This document shows positions 36,901 to 46,073 of a stretch of 64,000 nt of DNA, one piece after another (the first letter of the stretch is position 1; the number at the start of each line of letters is the position of its first letter). Location: NCBI GenBank assembly GCA_013140575.1, contig JABFSN010000155.1, positions 2,531-66,530 on the forward strand, given 5' to 3'. The position numbers and the translations under genes were made by a program. The notes below the pieces were generated by a model. The model searched no databases. It was not told the DNA's origin and worked only from the letters and a program-made list of their open reading frames with translations. Origin of the DNA: Phycisphaerales bacterium. Its GTDB lineage: Bacteria > Planctomycetota > Phycisphaerae > UBA1845.

Positions 36901-38397
36901 ATGGGCGAATCCGCAGGTGTGGCGGTGTTATCAGCCGGAATACGCAGGGTAGAGATGATGGAATCACCAAAGTTGCAAGTGCCGCAGTATTCGAGGGGGG
37001 CGACCTCGGCCGGGGTTTCCCGCGGGATGATGTTTGTCGTGGTCGCATTGCTGGCGGTGGTGATCGGGTTGCAGTCGATTTCGCTGCAACGGGCGCGATC
37101 GGGCGACGGGCAGAACGGCGAAACGGTGGAAGGCGGCAGACGAAATGGTCGGGACGCGGAGTTGGAGCAGGCGCTGGCCATCAAGCTGGAGGATCGGAAT
37201 CTGCCGGAGGCGGCCGTTGAGACGTGGGACCGGTATTTGGCGGTCGCGGAAATGTCGGCGGTTGATGAAGGCAAGATACGGTTTCGGATGGGCAAGCTGA
37301 AGCAACAAGCGGCGCGGTATCAGGATGCGGTGGCGGAGTATTATCGAGCGGAGAAGCTGCTGGGGGATCAGGCGGGGGATTTGTCGCAGAAGATCACGGT
37401 GAATGTTCGTGCGTGTCTTGAGGGTCTGGGTCAGTTCGCGGATTTGACACGGGAGATGGCGTCGCGGGCGGATGAGTCGGGGACGCCGGAGACGGGCGGT
37501 TCGCTGGAAGACCGGCAGGTGGTGGCGCAGATCGGCGACGAGAAGATCACGGTGGCCGATTTCGACCGGATGTTGACGGAGATGATCGAGCGGCGGATCG
37601 GGATGGAGGCGGGGTTGTCGGCGGAGGAGGCGCAGAGCGCCCGGAAAGAGATGCACGATCAGTTCAACGATCCGCAGGCGCGGACGCAGCAATTGCAGCA
37701 GTTCGTGGCCGCCCGGGTGCTGGCCGACCAGGCGCGGAAGGGCGGGTTGCACGAATTGGCGGCGTTCCGGGCGCAGATGTCGGACCTGGCGGATCAGTTG
37801 CTGGCGACGCGTTTGATGCTGGATGAGATTCCGAAGCGGGCGACGGTGACGGCGGAGGACGTCGAGCGCTATTACGAGGCGAACAAGGCGGAATACGCGG
37901 ATGCGGCGAAGATTTCGATCGCCCATGTTCTGTGCGATTCCGAAGAGAAGGCGAACGAGGTTCTGGAGAAGGCGCGGGGCGGGGCGTTTTTCGGGGCGCT
38001 GGCGGTGGAGCATTCGCTGGATGGGGGGACGAAAGAGAACGGGGGAGTGATCGGTCAGCCGATGGCCGACAGCGGGGAATTCGTGCCGGGGATAGGGAAG
38101 AATCCGGAATTGCACGTGGCGGTGCTGGTCGCGGCAAAAGACGCGGTATTGCCGAAATCGTATGCGAGTGACCGTGGGTGGCACGTGGTGAAGGTGGTGG
38201 ACCGGGTGGAGCGGGTGCAGAAGACGTTGGAAGAGGTGCGCGAGCGAGTGGCGGCGGATGCGCGGGCGGCGCGGCAGAAGGAAGTGACCCAGCAGTACAT
38301 CGAAGAGCTGTTGCGCGGGGCGGAAGTCACATTCTATCCGGATGCGTTTGCGGGGCAGGGGACAGTGGAGGGGGCGGCGAACGGCGATGGGGTGTAG
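36901..38397 (+). CDS. Membrane-anchored parvulin-type peptidyl-prolyl isomerase (SurA/PrsA-like) with TPR-like N-terminal region
   Basis: It has a TM anchor (MMFVVVALLAVVIGL). The PpiC-type domain is ISIAHVLCDSEEKANEVLEKARGGAFFGALAVEHSLD...GGVIGQPMADSGEFVPGIG. Confidence 0.75.
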   Translation: MGESAGVAVLSAGIRRVEMMESPKLQVPQYSRGATSAGVSRGMMFVVVALLAVVIGLQSISLQRARSGDGQNGETVEGGRRNGRDAELEQALAIKLEDRNLPEAAVETWDRYLAVAEMSAVDEGKIRFRMGKLKQQAARYQDAVAEYYRAEKLLGDQAGDLSQKITVNVRACLEGLGQFADLTREMASRADESGTPETGGSLEDRQVVAQIGDEKITVADFDRMLTEMIERRIGMEAGLSAEEAQSARKEMHDQFNDPQARTQQLQQFVAARVLADQARKGGLHELAAFRAQMSDLADQLLATRLMLDEIPKRATVTAEDVERYYEANKAEYADAAKISIAHVLCDSEEKANEVLEKARGGAFFGALAVEHSLDGGTKENGGVIGQPMADSGEFVPGIGKNPELHVAVLVAAKDAVLPKSYASDRGWHVVKVVDRVERVQKTLEEVRERVAADARAARQKEVTQQYIEELLRGAEVTFYPDAFAGQGTVEGAANGDGV

Positions 38398-38402
38398 GGA
38401 AG

Positions 38403-38441
38403 GAAGGGACGAAGGGACGAAGGGACGAAGGGACGAAGGGA
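38403..38441 (+). repeat. Tandem 8-bp purine-rich repeat (GAAGGGAC) x ~4.9
   Basis: Read directly. It lies in the 76-nt spacer between the PPIase stop and the DUF4381 start. Degenerate GGGAC-rich tracts recur at 40585-40633 and 41700-41775. Confidence 0.8.
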
Positions 38442-38473
38442 GTAACCGTCCGCCGTCCGTCGCCGACCCCCGA

Positions 38474-39505
38474 ATGAGGTCGCGCATTCTGCGGATCGTC
38501 ACTGGGTTGTTGATCGGTGCGCTATTGGTCGGGGGGTGTGGTGATGGAAAGGCGGCAACGGACGGTGCAGGAGAAGTGGAAGGGGTGGTTAAGACGGCGG
38601 AGATGGGGCCGGTGCAGATGACGGTTTCGGTGGACCGGGGGGAGATCACGATCGCGGATCGGTTGAAGCTGCGGATCGAGGTGACGGCCGAGGAGGGCGT
38701 CGAGGCGAGGATGCCGTCGTTCGGGGAGCAGATGGACGCGTTCGGGATCCGCGATTTTCATGAGACGTCGGCCGAGGCGATCGAGGGAGGGAAGCGGCGA
38801 TGGGTTCATGAGTACGATTTGGACATTTTCCTGTCGGGGGATTATGCGGTGCCGGCGTTGACGGCGACATTCACGGATGCGCGAAAGGGGGCGGAGGAGA
38901 CGATCGAATCGAGCGTCACGACGGACGGGTTTGACGTCAAGGTAAAGTCGCTGGCGGAGGGGGAGTTCGATCCGACGAAGATCCGCGACGTGAAGGGGCC
39001 GGTGGCGTTGCCGGCGGATCCTCGATGGACGCTGTTGTGGTGGGGATTGGGCGTGGTCGGCGGCGGGGCGATCGTGGTCGGTTGCGCGGCGTGGCTGATT
39101 CGGCGGAGTCGCCGGCCGGGGGTGGAGTGGGTGGCACCGGCGCATGAGTGGGCGTTCGCTGAATTGCACCGACTGGCGAATGCAAAGTTGATCGAAAAGG
39201 GGATGGTACACGAGTTTTATTTCCGGTTGAGCATGATTGTGCGCGAGTACATCGAGCGGCGGTTTCAACTGACGGCGCCGGAATGGACGACGGAGGAGTT
39301 TCTAGTGCACCTGCGGCGGAGTGATGCGTTGCCCGCGGTACACCGCGATGCGCTGGAGCAGTTTCTGCAGCGGTGCGACATGGTGAAGTTCGCGTTATAC
39401 GAACCGACGACGGCGGAGATCGAGGGGGCGTTCAACGCGGCGCGGGATTTTGTGCAGAAGACGGCGTTTCGGGAGGGCGGCGAAGTGACGAGGGCGGCCG
39501 CATGA
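38474..39505 (+). CDS. DUF4381-like lipoprotein (BatIII-like member of the Bat operon)
   Basis: The lipoprotein signal is LLIGALLVGGCGDG. A central TM (WTLLWWGLGVVGGGAIVVGCAAWLI) is followed by HEWAFAELHRL....EFYFRLSMIVREYIERRF...EFL...CDMVKFA, as I recall for DUF4381. Confidence 0.68.
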   Translation: MRSRILRIVTGLLIGALLVGGCGDGKAATDGAGEVEGVVKTAEMGPVQMTVSVDRGEITIADRLKLRIEVTAEEGVEARMPSFGEQMDAFGIRDFHETSAEAIEGGKRRWVHEYDLDIFLSGDYAVPALTATFTDARKGAEETIESSVTTDGFDVKVKSLAEGEFDPTKIRDVKGPVALPADPRWTLLWWGLGVVGGGAIVVGCAAWLIRRSRRPGVEWVAPAHEWAFAELHRLANAKLIEKGMVHEFYFRLSMIVREYIERRFQLTAPEWTTEEFLVHLRRSDALPAVHRDALEQFLQRCDMVKFALYEPTTAEIEGAFNAARDFVQKTAFREGGEVTRAAA

Positions 39506-40584
39506 TCTGGCACCAGGCGTGGATGCTGGTGTTGCTGGCGTTGGCGCCGTTGATTTGGTGGCGGTGGTGGCGGCGCGCGCCGTACGCGGCCGTTCGGTTT
39601 TCGTCGATCGAGTGGTTGAAGCGGCAGGGGCGGTCGTGGCGGGTGCGGTTGCGGGCGGTGTTGCCAGCGTTGCGGACGGCGGCGGTGGTTCTGCTGGTGG
39701 TGGCATTGGCCAGACCCCAGAAGGGCAATGAAGAGACGCGGATTTTGTCGGAGGGTGTGGCCATTCAGTTGGTGGTGGACCGGTCCAGCAGCATGAATGC
39801 GATGGACTTTTCAGTCGAAGGGCAGCAGGTCGATCGACTGACGGCGGTGAAAAAGGTCGTTCATGAGTTTGTAAGCGGTGGAAAGGGGCTGGACGGTCGG
39901 CCGAATGATCTAATTGGGATGATTACATTCGCGGGTTATGCGGATGGGAATTGTCCGTTGACGTTGGATCATGCGTTTTTGCTGGAGACGCTGGATCAGA
40001 TTGAGATTGTTGATGAGCGATCGGAAGATGGGACGGCGATTGGAGATGCGCTGGCGCTGGCGGTGGAGCGGCTGCGAGAGTTGGATAAGAGACCGGATGT
40101 CGCGACGGGGAACCGGATCAAGAGCAAGGTGATTGTGTTGCTGACGGACGGGGAGAATAATGCCGGTGCGATATTGCCCGCAAAAGCAGCGGAATTAGCA
40201 AAGACGTACGGCATTAAGGTCTATTCGATTGGGGCGGGGACGGAGGGGTATGTCCCGATTCGCAACAGTGATCCGGCGGGGTTCAACTTTTTCAGCCGAG
40301 TATATGCGACGATCAACGAAGGCACGTTGAAAGAGATCGCGTCGATTGCCGAGGGCAAGTACTGGTGGGCAACGGATACGGATTCATTGCGGGGGGTTTA
40401 CGCGGAAATCGATGCGTTGGAGAAGAGCGAGACTGAGGAGAAGAGGTACTCGCAGTACGCGGAACTCGCGACGGAATGGGTGGAACTGGGATCGATACGC
40501 CTGCCGCCGATACTGGCGGGGGTGCTGGCGGCGATGATGCTGGAGATCGTGCTGGCGAACACGGGGTTGAGGAAGACGCCGTAG
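39502..40584 (+). CDS. batA: VWA-domain membrane protein BatA
   Basis: It has an N-terminal TM pair, a MIDAS motif (VVDRSSSM) and a C-terminal TM. Its ATG overlaps the previous stop (ATGA). Confidence 0.85.
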   Translation: MIWHQAWMLVLLALAPLIWWRWWRRAPYAAVRFSSIEWLKRQGRSWRVRLRAVLPALRTAAVVLLVVALARPQKGNEETRILSEGVAIQLVVDRSSSMNAMDFSVEGQQVDRLTAVKKVVHEFVSGGKGLDGRPNDLIGMITFAGYADGNCPLTLDHAFLLETLDQIEIVDERSEDGTAIGDALALAVERLRELDKRPDVATGNRIKSKVIVLLTDGENNAGAILPAKAAELAKTYGIKVYSIGAGTEGYVPIRNSDPAGFNFFSRVYATINEGTLKEIASIAEGKYWWATDTDSLRGVYAEIDALEKSETEEKRYSQYAELATEWVELGSIRLPPILAGVLAAMMLEIVLANTGLRKTP

Positions 40585-40633
40585 GGGGAAGGGACAGAGG
40601 GGCAATGGGACGGAGGGACGAAGGAACCGTGGA

Positions 40634-41653
40634 GTGGGGATTGCGGGCATGGGATTGAGTTTCGATCATCCGGGATTGTTGCATCTGCTGTGGGCGGTGC
40701 CTGCGCTGACCGGCGTCTACATGTGGGGTTCGGCGCGGCGGCGGGCGGCGTTGGCGCGGTTTGCGACGGTGAATCTGATCGGGGCGCTGGTGCCGTCGGT
40801 GAGTGCCGGGAAGCGGCACTTGAAGATGGCGCTGGTGCTGGGGGCGACGGCGCTGGTGGTGCTGGCGGTGACGGGGCCACGGTGGGGCAGTCATTTTGAG
40901 GAGGTGGAGAGGCGGGGGGTGGACATCATGTTCGTGCTGGACGTGTCGAATTCGATGCTGGCGGAAGACGTGGCCCCGAACCGACTGGAGCGGGCGAAGC
41001 TGGATATCAAGGACATGGTGGAAGTGCTGGAGGGGGATCGGGTGGGCCTGGTGACGTTTGCGGGGGAGTCGTCGCGGACGTGCCCGTTGACCATCAACTA
41101 TGGGGCGTTTCGGTTGGCGTTGGACGCCGTGGACACGCGGGCCGCGCCGCGCGGAGGGACCAACATCGGCGATGCGATCCGGGATGCGGCGCGGAGCTTC
41201 ACGGATGAGGTGAAGGATCACAAGGCCATCGTTTTGATCAGCGACGGCGGGGAGACGGACGAGAGTTACGCGGTGGAGGCGGCACAGAATTCGTTCGAGG
41301 AGCGTGGCATTCGCGTGTTTTCGGTGGGTTATGGCGACCGGGTGCAGGGGGGACGGATTCCGGTCACCAAGAACGGGCAGCGCGTCTATGTGACGCATCA
41401 GGGGCAGGAGGTATGGACCAAGCTAGAGCCCGAGACGTTGCAGTCGGTCGCGGCCGTCGCGGACGGGGGATATTTTACCAACACGGATTTCCGGGACATC
41501 CATGAACATGTCAAGGCGAAGGTGGACGCACAGTCATACGAAACGGCGCGGAAACAGATGAAGTATCCGCGGTTTCATTGGTTTGCGGGGGCGGCGCTGG
41601 CGCTGCTGATGATGGAGATGATGATTACGGATCGGAAGGGGGGATGGCGGTGA
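40634..41653 (+). CDS. batB: VWA-domain membrane protein BatB
   Basis: It has a MIDAS motif (FVLDVSNSM), the LERAK motif and a C-terminal TM. The start may be the second ATG at 40649. Confidence 0.85.
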   Translation: MGIAGMGLSFDHPGLLHLLWAVPALTGVYMWGSARRRAALARFATVNLIGALVPSVSAGKRHLKMALVLGATALVVLAVTGPRWGSHFEEVERRGVDIMFVLDVSNSMLAEDVAPNRLERAKLDIKDMVEVLEGDRVGLVTFAGESSRTCPLTINYGAFRLALDAVDTRAAPRGGTNIGDAIRDAARSFTDEVKDHKAIVLISDGGETDESYAVEAAQNSFEERGIRVFSVGYGDRVQGGRIPVTKNGQRVYVTHQGQEVWTKLEPETLQSVAAVADGGYFTNTDFRDIHEHVKAKVDAQSYETARKQMKYPRFHWFAGAALALLMMEMMITDRKGGWR

Positions 41654-42804
41654 ATAGGCACGATGGCACGAACGCACGGAGGGAGGAGTTCACCGCAGAG
41701 GCGCGGAGGGTGCGGAGGGAAGAGGGGGAAGGGGAGAAGGGTTTAAAGACTGAGAAAGGGACGAGGGGATTACTGCGAGGTTGGGTGCGAGAGGGGATTC
41801 TCGCACCAGGAGACACGACTGTGCCGGTCGCCATCGGGGATGAACAACTGGATGGGTTGTATCGATCGTATGCGGCATTCGCGGGTATTTTCAGAGCAGG
41901 GGTTGTCGCAACGGTGGTATATCTGGTCGTCTCAATGTTCCCGATTTCCGCGTATGGACAGACGGCGGCGACGCAGGGTGCCGAGGAACTGGTGCGAAGT
42001 GCCAATGCAGCGTACGCGTCCGGGGAATACCAAGAGGCCCTGCAGTTATACGGGTACGCGGATGTGGTCAAGCCGGAGTCTGCGGAGGTGGCGTACAACC
42101 GCGGAGTGACGCTGTACAAGATGGGGGACTATGTGGCCGCCCGCGGGGCGTTGAACAAAGCGTTGTCTACGCGGGATCTGGCCCTGGAGGCGAAGGCTAA
42201 ATTCAATCTGGGGAATGTGGCATATTCGTCGGCGTTAGAGAAGACGTCGGCGCCGCAGGAGGCGATCGAGCTGCTGAAACAGGCGATCGGCCACTATCGC
42301 GATTCGTTGGCCGTCAATCCGGCGGACGAAGATGCGTTGGCCAACATTCAATCGTCGCAATTGCTGATCAAAGACCTGTTGGACAAGCTGAAACAGCAGC
42401 AGGAGCAACAGCAGAATCAAGATCAGCAGCAACAAGGCGATCAGAATCAACCGCAACAGGATCCGCAACAAGACCAGTCGCAGCAGGAGCAGGAGGACCA
42501 ATCGCAACAACAGGATCAGCAGCAACAAGAGAAGGAGAAACAGCAAGGCGAGGAATCGCAGCAGGAACAACAACAAGATGGTTCGCAAGGCGAGGCGGAC
42601 CAGAAGGGCGAGCTGGACCGGCGGCAGGAACAAAGCGAGGAAGATCAACAGCAGGCGGGTGAGACGCCGTCCGACGTGCAGGAGATGACCAGGGAAGAGG
42701 CGGAGCGATTGCTGCAGTCGGTGCGGGATCGGGAGAAGGAACGGCGGGATGCGAAGGCGCAGCGAATGCGGGCGCGACGCGTGCCGGTGTCGAAGGATTG
42801 GTGA
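41644..42804 (+). CDS. batC: TPR-repeat protein BatC with a long Gln/Glu/Asp-rich C-terminal region
   Basis: TPR units are present (YASGEYQEALQLYGYA, YNRGVTLYKMGDYVAARGAL, FNLGNVAY). The first ~60 codons run through repeat sequence (hairpin at 41784-41807), so the true start is probably further downstream, before the TM segment VVATVVYLVVSMFPISAYG. Confidence 0.7.
   Translation: MAVNRHDGTNARREEFTAEARRVRREEGEGEKGLKTEKGTRGLLRGWVREGILAPGDTTVPVAIGDEQLDGLYRSYAAFAGIFRAGVVATVVYLVVSMFPISAYGQTAATQGAEELVRSANAAYASGEYQEALQLYGYADVVKPESAEVAYNRGVTLYKMGDYVAARGALNKALSTRDLALEAKAKFNLGNVAYSSALEKTSAPQEAIELLKQAIGHYRDSLAVNPADEDALANIQSSQLLIKDLLDKLKQQQEQQQNQDQQQQGDQNQPQQDPQQDQSQQEQEDQSQQQDQQQQEKEKQQGEESQQEQQQDGSQGEADQKGELDRRQEQSEEDQQQAGETPSDVQEMTREEAERLLQSVRDREKERRDAKAQRMRARRVPVSKDW
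41784..41807 (+). repeat. GGTGCGAGA-GGGGAT-TCTCGCACC hairpin repeat, copy 3
   Basis: It is a family member of 3010-3033 and 22040-22059 and lies at the batB/batC junction. Confidence 0.6.
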
Positions 42805-42935
42805 TGAAGCGAGGCGGTCGAGATTGCCCGGGATTCCTCGATCGCGGGGGACGGGTGCGCCGGGGCGAGCATCGTCGCCCCAAGCCGGGGCCGGGCCACG
42901 CCGGCGATTATCGAGCCCCCGCCCATCGCCGGGCG

Positions 42936-44750
42936 ATGGATGTGGCGCCCGGACGCGGCAGACGCATACGTGAGTCGCCCGTCATCGGGGCGATGGTCGT
43001 TGCGGCATTGTGTCTGTCGAGCGCCGCGGGGGCAGAGGTGCGGTTTTCGATTTCGGCGCGGGAAACGTATGTGGGGATGCCGGTGGTGATTCAGGTGACG
43101 ATCGAGAATCCGACGGCGCACGAGCCGCCGGTCGTCGAGGAAGCCGACGGCGTCACGGTGCGAGTGGACGCCGGCGGCACGCAGTCGATGACGAGCATTA
43201 TCAACGGACGCGTGCAGCGGTCGCAGACCATCACCTATCAATGCGTGCTGACGCCGCGGACGGCGGGGACGATCACCCTTCCGGGCGTGAAGATCAACGT
43301 CGATGGGGAGTGGCACGAGTCGGGATCGACGACGGTGGTGGTGAAGGAGTCGTACACCGGCGATCTGATGTACCTGCACCTGGTCGGCGACAACGACGGG
43401 GTATACGTGGGCGAGCCGATCGACATGACGCTGGAGGTGTGGCTGAAGCCGTACAGCGATCGCGTGGTGGACATGGACGCGGCGGGGATGTGGCGGCAGT
43501 GCGTGGACGCGGCCAATAGTTCATGGGGACCGTTCACCGAGGTGCTCGAACGGGGCGAGGTGCGCGTGCGGACGGACACGCGAAACGACGAGCAGGGGCG
43601 TCCGCAGCGGTACTTCGTGTACATGCTGCGGCAGGTGGTGTGGCCGGAGCGGCCGGGACGGTTCGACGCGTCGAACATCAGTGTGGTGGTGCAATACCCG
43701 ACGCGCGTGGAGCGCAGCCGGTTTGGGATCTTCGCACCGGAGTATCGGGTGACGAGCGCCAGGCCGATTTCGGCGGCGGTGGAGGACGCGGCCGTTCAGA
43801 TACAGGCACCCCCGTCGAAGGGTCAGCCGGAATGCTACCGGGGCGCGGTGGGCAACTACACGTTGAAGGTCTCGGCGGCGCCGACGGACGTGGCCGTGGG
43901 TGATCCGATCACGCTGACGATCAGGCTAAGCGGGGCCGGGCGAATGGAGTTGTTGCAGCCGCCGCCGATCGCGGCGCAATCGTCGTTGACCGACGGGTTT
44001 CGGGTTCCGGACGAGGCGCTGGCGGGCGTGGTGGAGCAGAACGTCAAGACCTTCACGCAGTCGATCCGACCGAAGGACGACGGCATCCGCGAGATTCCAC
44101 CGATTGAGTTCGCGTATTTCGATCCGCAGTCGGAGCGGTACGTGACGCTGCGGAGCGACCCGATTCCGATATTCGTAAAGGAGTCGGGTCGAATGGCCGT
44201 GTCGCAGGTCGTGGAGGGGTCGCCGTTGCCGAGCCACCGGACGACGCTGACGGAACTGGAGGGGATGACCACCAACTATGAAATCGTGGACGAGCTGCTG
44301 GCCCAACATCGGATCATGCCCGGCTGGCGGACGTGGTCGTTCACCGCGGCGATGCCGTTGTTGTACGGCGTCAGCGTGCTGGTAACGCGGCACCGGGAAC
44401 GGGTGCGGGGTGATACCGGTTTCGCGCGACGACGGCACGCGCGGCGGCGGGCATTGGATGGGTTGCGGTCGGTTTCGGTCGGCGGCGGCGATGCGGCGAC
44501 GGCGGTCTCGGCCGCGTTGCTGGGGTACGTAGCCGACAGGTGCAACCTGCCGCACGGCGGACTGACGCGATCGGACGCGGTAACGAGGTTGAATGATCGC
44601 GGCGTGGCGGACGATCTGGTCCGGGAGATTGACGCGGTGCTGGCGGAATGCGAGGCCGCGCGATACGCGGCGAGCGTCGGCGGCGGAGAATCGTTTTCCG
44701 CGAAGCGCGCCCGAGCGTGCATTCAGCAATTGGAAAGGTGCCGGATTTGA
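42936..44750 (+). CDS. batD: BatD-like oxygen-tolerance protein
   Basis: It has a signal peptide (MVVAALCLSSAAGAEV), repeated Ig-like segments (GMPVVIQVTIEN / GDPITLTIRLSG) and a C-terminal TM plus cytoplasmic tail, as in BatD. The start is ambiguous (42798, 42936 or 42993). Confidence 0.75.
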   Translation: MDVAPGRGRRIRESPVIGAMVVAALCLSSAAGAEVRFSISARETYVGMPVVIQVTIENPTAHEPPVVEEADGVTVRVDAGGTQSMTSIINGRVQRSQTITYQCVLTPRTAGTITLPGVKINVDGEWHESGSTTVVVKESYTGDLMYLHLVGDNDGVYVGEPIDMTLEVWLKPYSDRVVDMDAAGMWRQCVDAANSSWGPFTEVLERGEVRVRTDTRNDEQGRPQRYFVYMLRQVVWPERPGRFDASNISVVVQYPTRVERSRFGIFAPEYRVTSARPISAAVEDAAVQIQAPPSKGQPECYRGAVGNYTLKVSAAPTDVAVGDPITLTIRLSGAGRMELLQPPPIAAQSSLTDGFRVPDEALAGVVEQNVKTFTQSIRPKDDGIREIPPIEFAYFDPQSERYVTLRSDPIPIFVKESGRMAVSQVVEGSPLPSHRTTLTELEGMTTNYEIVDELLAQHRIMPGWRTWSFTAAMPLLYGVSVLVTRHRERVRGDTGFARRRHARRRALDGLRSVSVGGGDAATAVSAALLGYVADRCNLPHGGLTRSDAVTRLNDRGVADDLVREIDAVLAECEAARYAASVGGGESFSAKRARACIQQLERCRI

Positions 44751-44983
44751 TCCGCGTGGTCGGACTTGGTGCTTTACGGCGGCGTGCGACGACGCTGGTG
44801 GTCCGACACACTCGGGCATTCGGGTCGGGCATTCTGATCCGAACCCGCCACGCGAGCGGCGGGCCGCACGGAACGGATGTCGGAAATCGGATCGCACGGG
44901 AGCCGGCTCGCGTTCGGCTCCGGACTTGCGTTGGGGGTTCTGAAGTCGGCGCCGCGACTCGAATCCGCATCCGTGTCCCGGCA

Positions 44984-45165
44984 CTAAATAGAACCAAGGA
45001 GTAGGGAAACCGATTTCGTCATGCCCCACGAACACGACCCGCGAATCTTCGCCCGCAGGGCGCACGATCTTAGCCAGGGACTTCAGTCCCTGGATCGCGT
45101 GCGTCATTTCTTCCCGCCCGGAGGGCGCACGAATCCCGGTTTCCCTTTTGTGTGTTCTTATTTAG
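44984..45165 (-). repeat. MITE-like ~170-bp interspersed element, copy 3 (inverted relative to copies 1 and 2)
   Basis: Its reverse complement aligns end to end with 24680-24848 apart from an ~11-nt insertion. It lies between batD and batE. Confidence 0.75.
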
Positions 45166-45953
45166 CGGCGCTGGTGGTCATGCCGGCGTTCGTTTGTGCG
45201 CAGTCGCCGGTTTCACAAAAGGATCCGATCCGGGCGACGCTGGACGATGCCCTGCGCGCGTATCGACTGGGCGTGGACAAGCTGCGCGACGAGCCGGACG
45301 GCGCCGTGAAGGAGTTCCGCCGGACAAGGGATGGATTTCAGGCGGTCGTCGACGCCGGCGTCGAGAATGGCAAACTATACTACGACCTGGGCAACGCCCA
45401 TTTGCGCCTGGGCGAGGTGGGCAAGGCCGTCGCCCATTATCGCAAGGCGGAGCGGTTGATTCCCGGCGACGAAAACCTGGCGGCCAATCTGCGGTTCGCG
45501 CGCTCCATGCGCCGCGATCAGATCGAATCGAGCGGGAAGAAGACGTTTCTGAAGACCGTGTTCTTTCTGCATTACGATTGGACGCTACGGGTGCGGCTGA
45601 TCGTTGCGTTGGTCTGCTATGGCGGATTCTGGGGGTTGATGATCGTCCGGCGGAGTTGGCCGCGGGCGGGCGTGGGGTACGCGGCGCTGGTCGCGCTGGC
45701 GTTGTGGATCAGTTTCGGGGCGTCGGCCTGTCTGACGTGTTACGAGCGGCGGTCGCCGTCTGAGGGCGTACTGGTGACAAACGATGTCATCGTGCGCAAG
45801 GGAAACGGGGAATCGTACGATCCGCAGTTTGCGGCGCCGCTGCACGAGGGCGTGGAATTCGCGGTTCTCGAACGACGGTCAAACTGGGTGTACATCGAAT
45901 TGCCAGACGGGAGCCGCGGCTGGATTCGAGATCGGGATGCGCTCGTATTCTGA
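45150..45953 (+). CDS. batE: BatE-like TPR plus SH3b-domain membrane protein
   Basis: It has a TPR (YYDLGNAHLRLGEVGKAVAHYRKAERL), 2-3 TM helices and a C-terminal SH3b-like segment (EFAVLERRSNWVYIELPDGSRGWIRDRDALVF). The ORF track start at 45021 lies inside the repeat. The GTG at 45150 or the ATG at 45180 is more likely. Confidence 0.7.
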   Translation: MCSYLAALVVMPAFVCAQSPVSQKDPIRATLDDALRAYRLGVDKLRDEPDGAVKEFRRTRDGFQAVVDAGVENGKLYYDLGNAHLRLGEVGKAVAHYRKAERLIPGDENLAANLRFARSMRRDQIESSGKKTFLKTVFFLHYDWTLRVRLIVALVCYGGFWGLMIVRRSWPRAGVGYAALVALALWISFGASACLTCYERRSPSEGVLVTNDVIVRKGNGESYDPQFAAPLHEGVEFAVLERRSNWVYIELPDGSRGWIRDRDALVF

Positions 45954-46073
45954 CCGCTTTTTCGAGAACCCCATCCGTTTAGCCTCGCGCCCGCCCACCG
46001 GGCTGCCCAACCATCGCTTCGCGGTGGTCAGGCCACCCGGCCAGAACTCCGGTCGCGCGTCGGCTCGAGTTTC

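Noticed and set aside
38403-38441. Possible CRISPR-like or other array because of regular short repeats.
   Set aside because: The units are 8 bp, contiguous and without spacers. No cas genes are present. It is a simple tandem repeat.
36964-41398. Long minus-strand ORFs (36964-38649, 38522-39268 and 40313-41398) opposite the PPIase/DUF4381/BatA/BatB genes.
   Set aside because: They have the same Arg/Pro/His-rich artefact signature, and the plus-strand genes carry clear family motifs.
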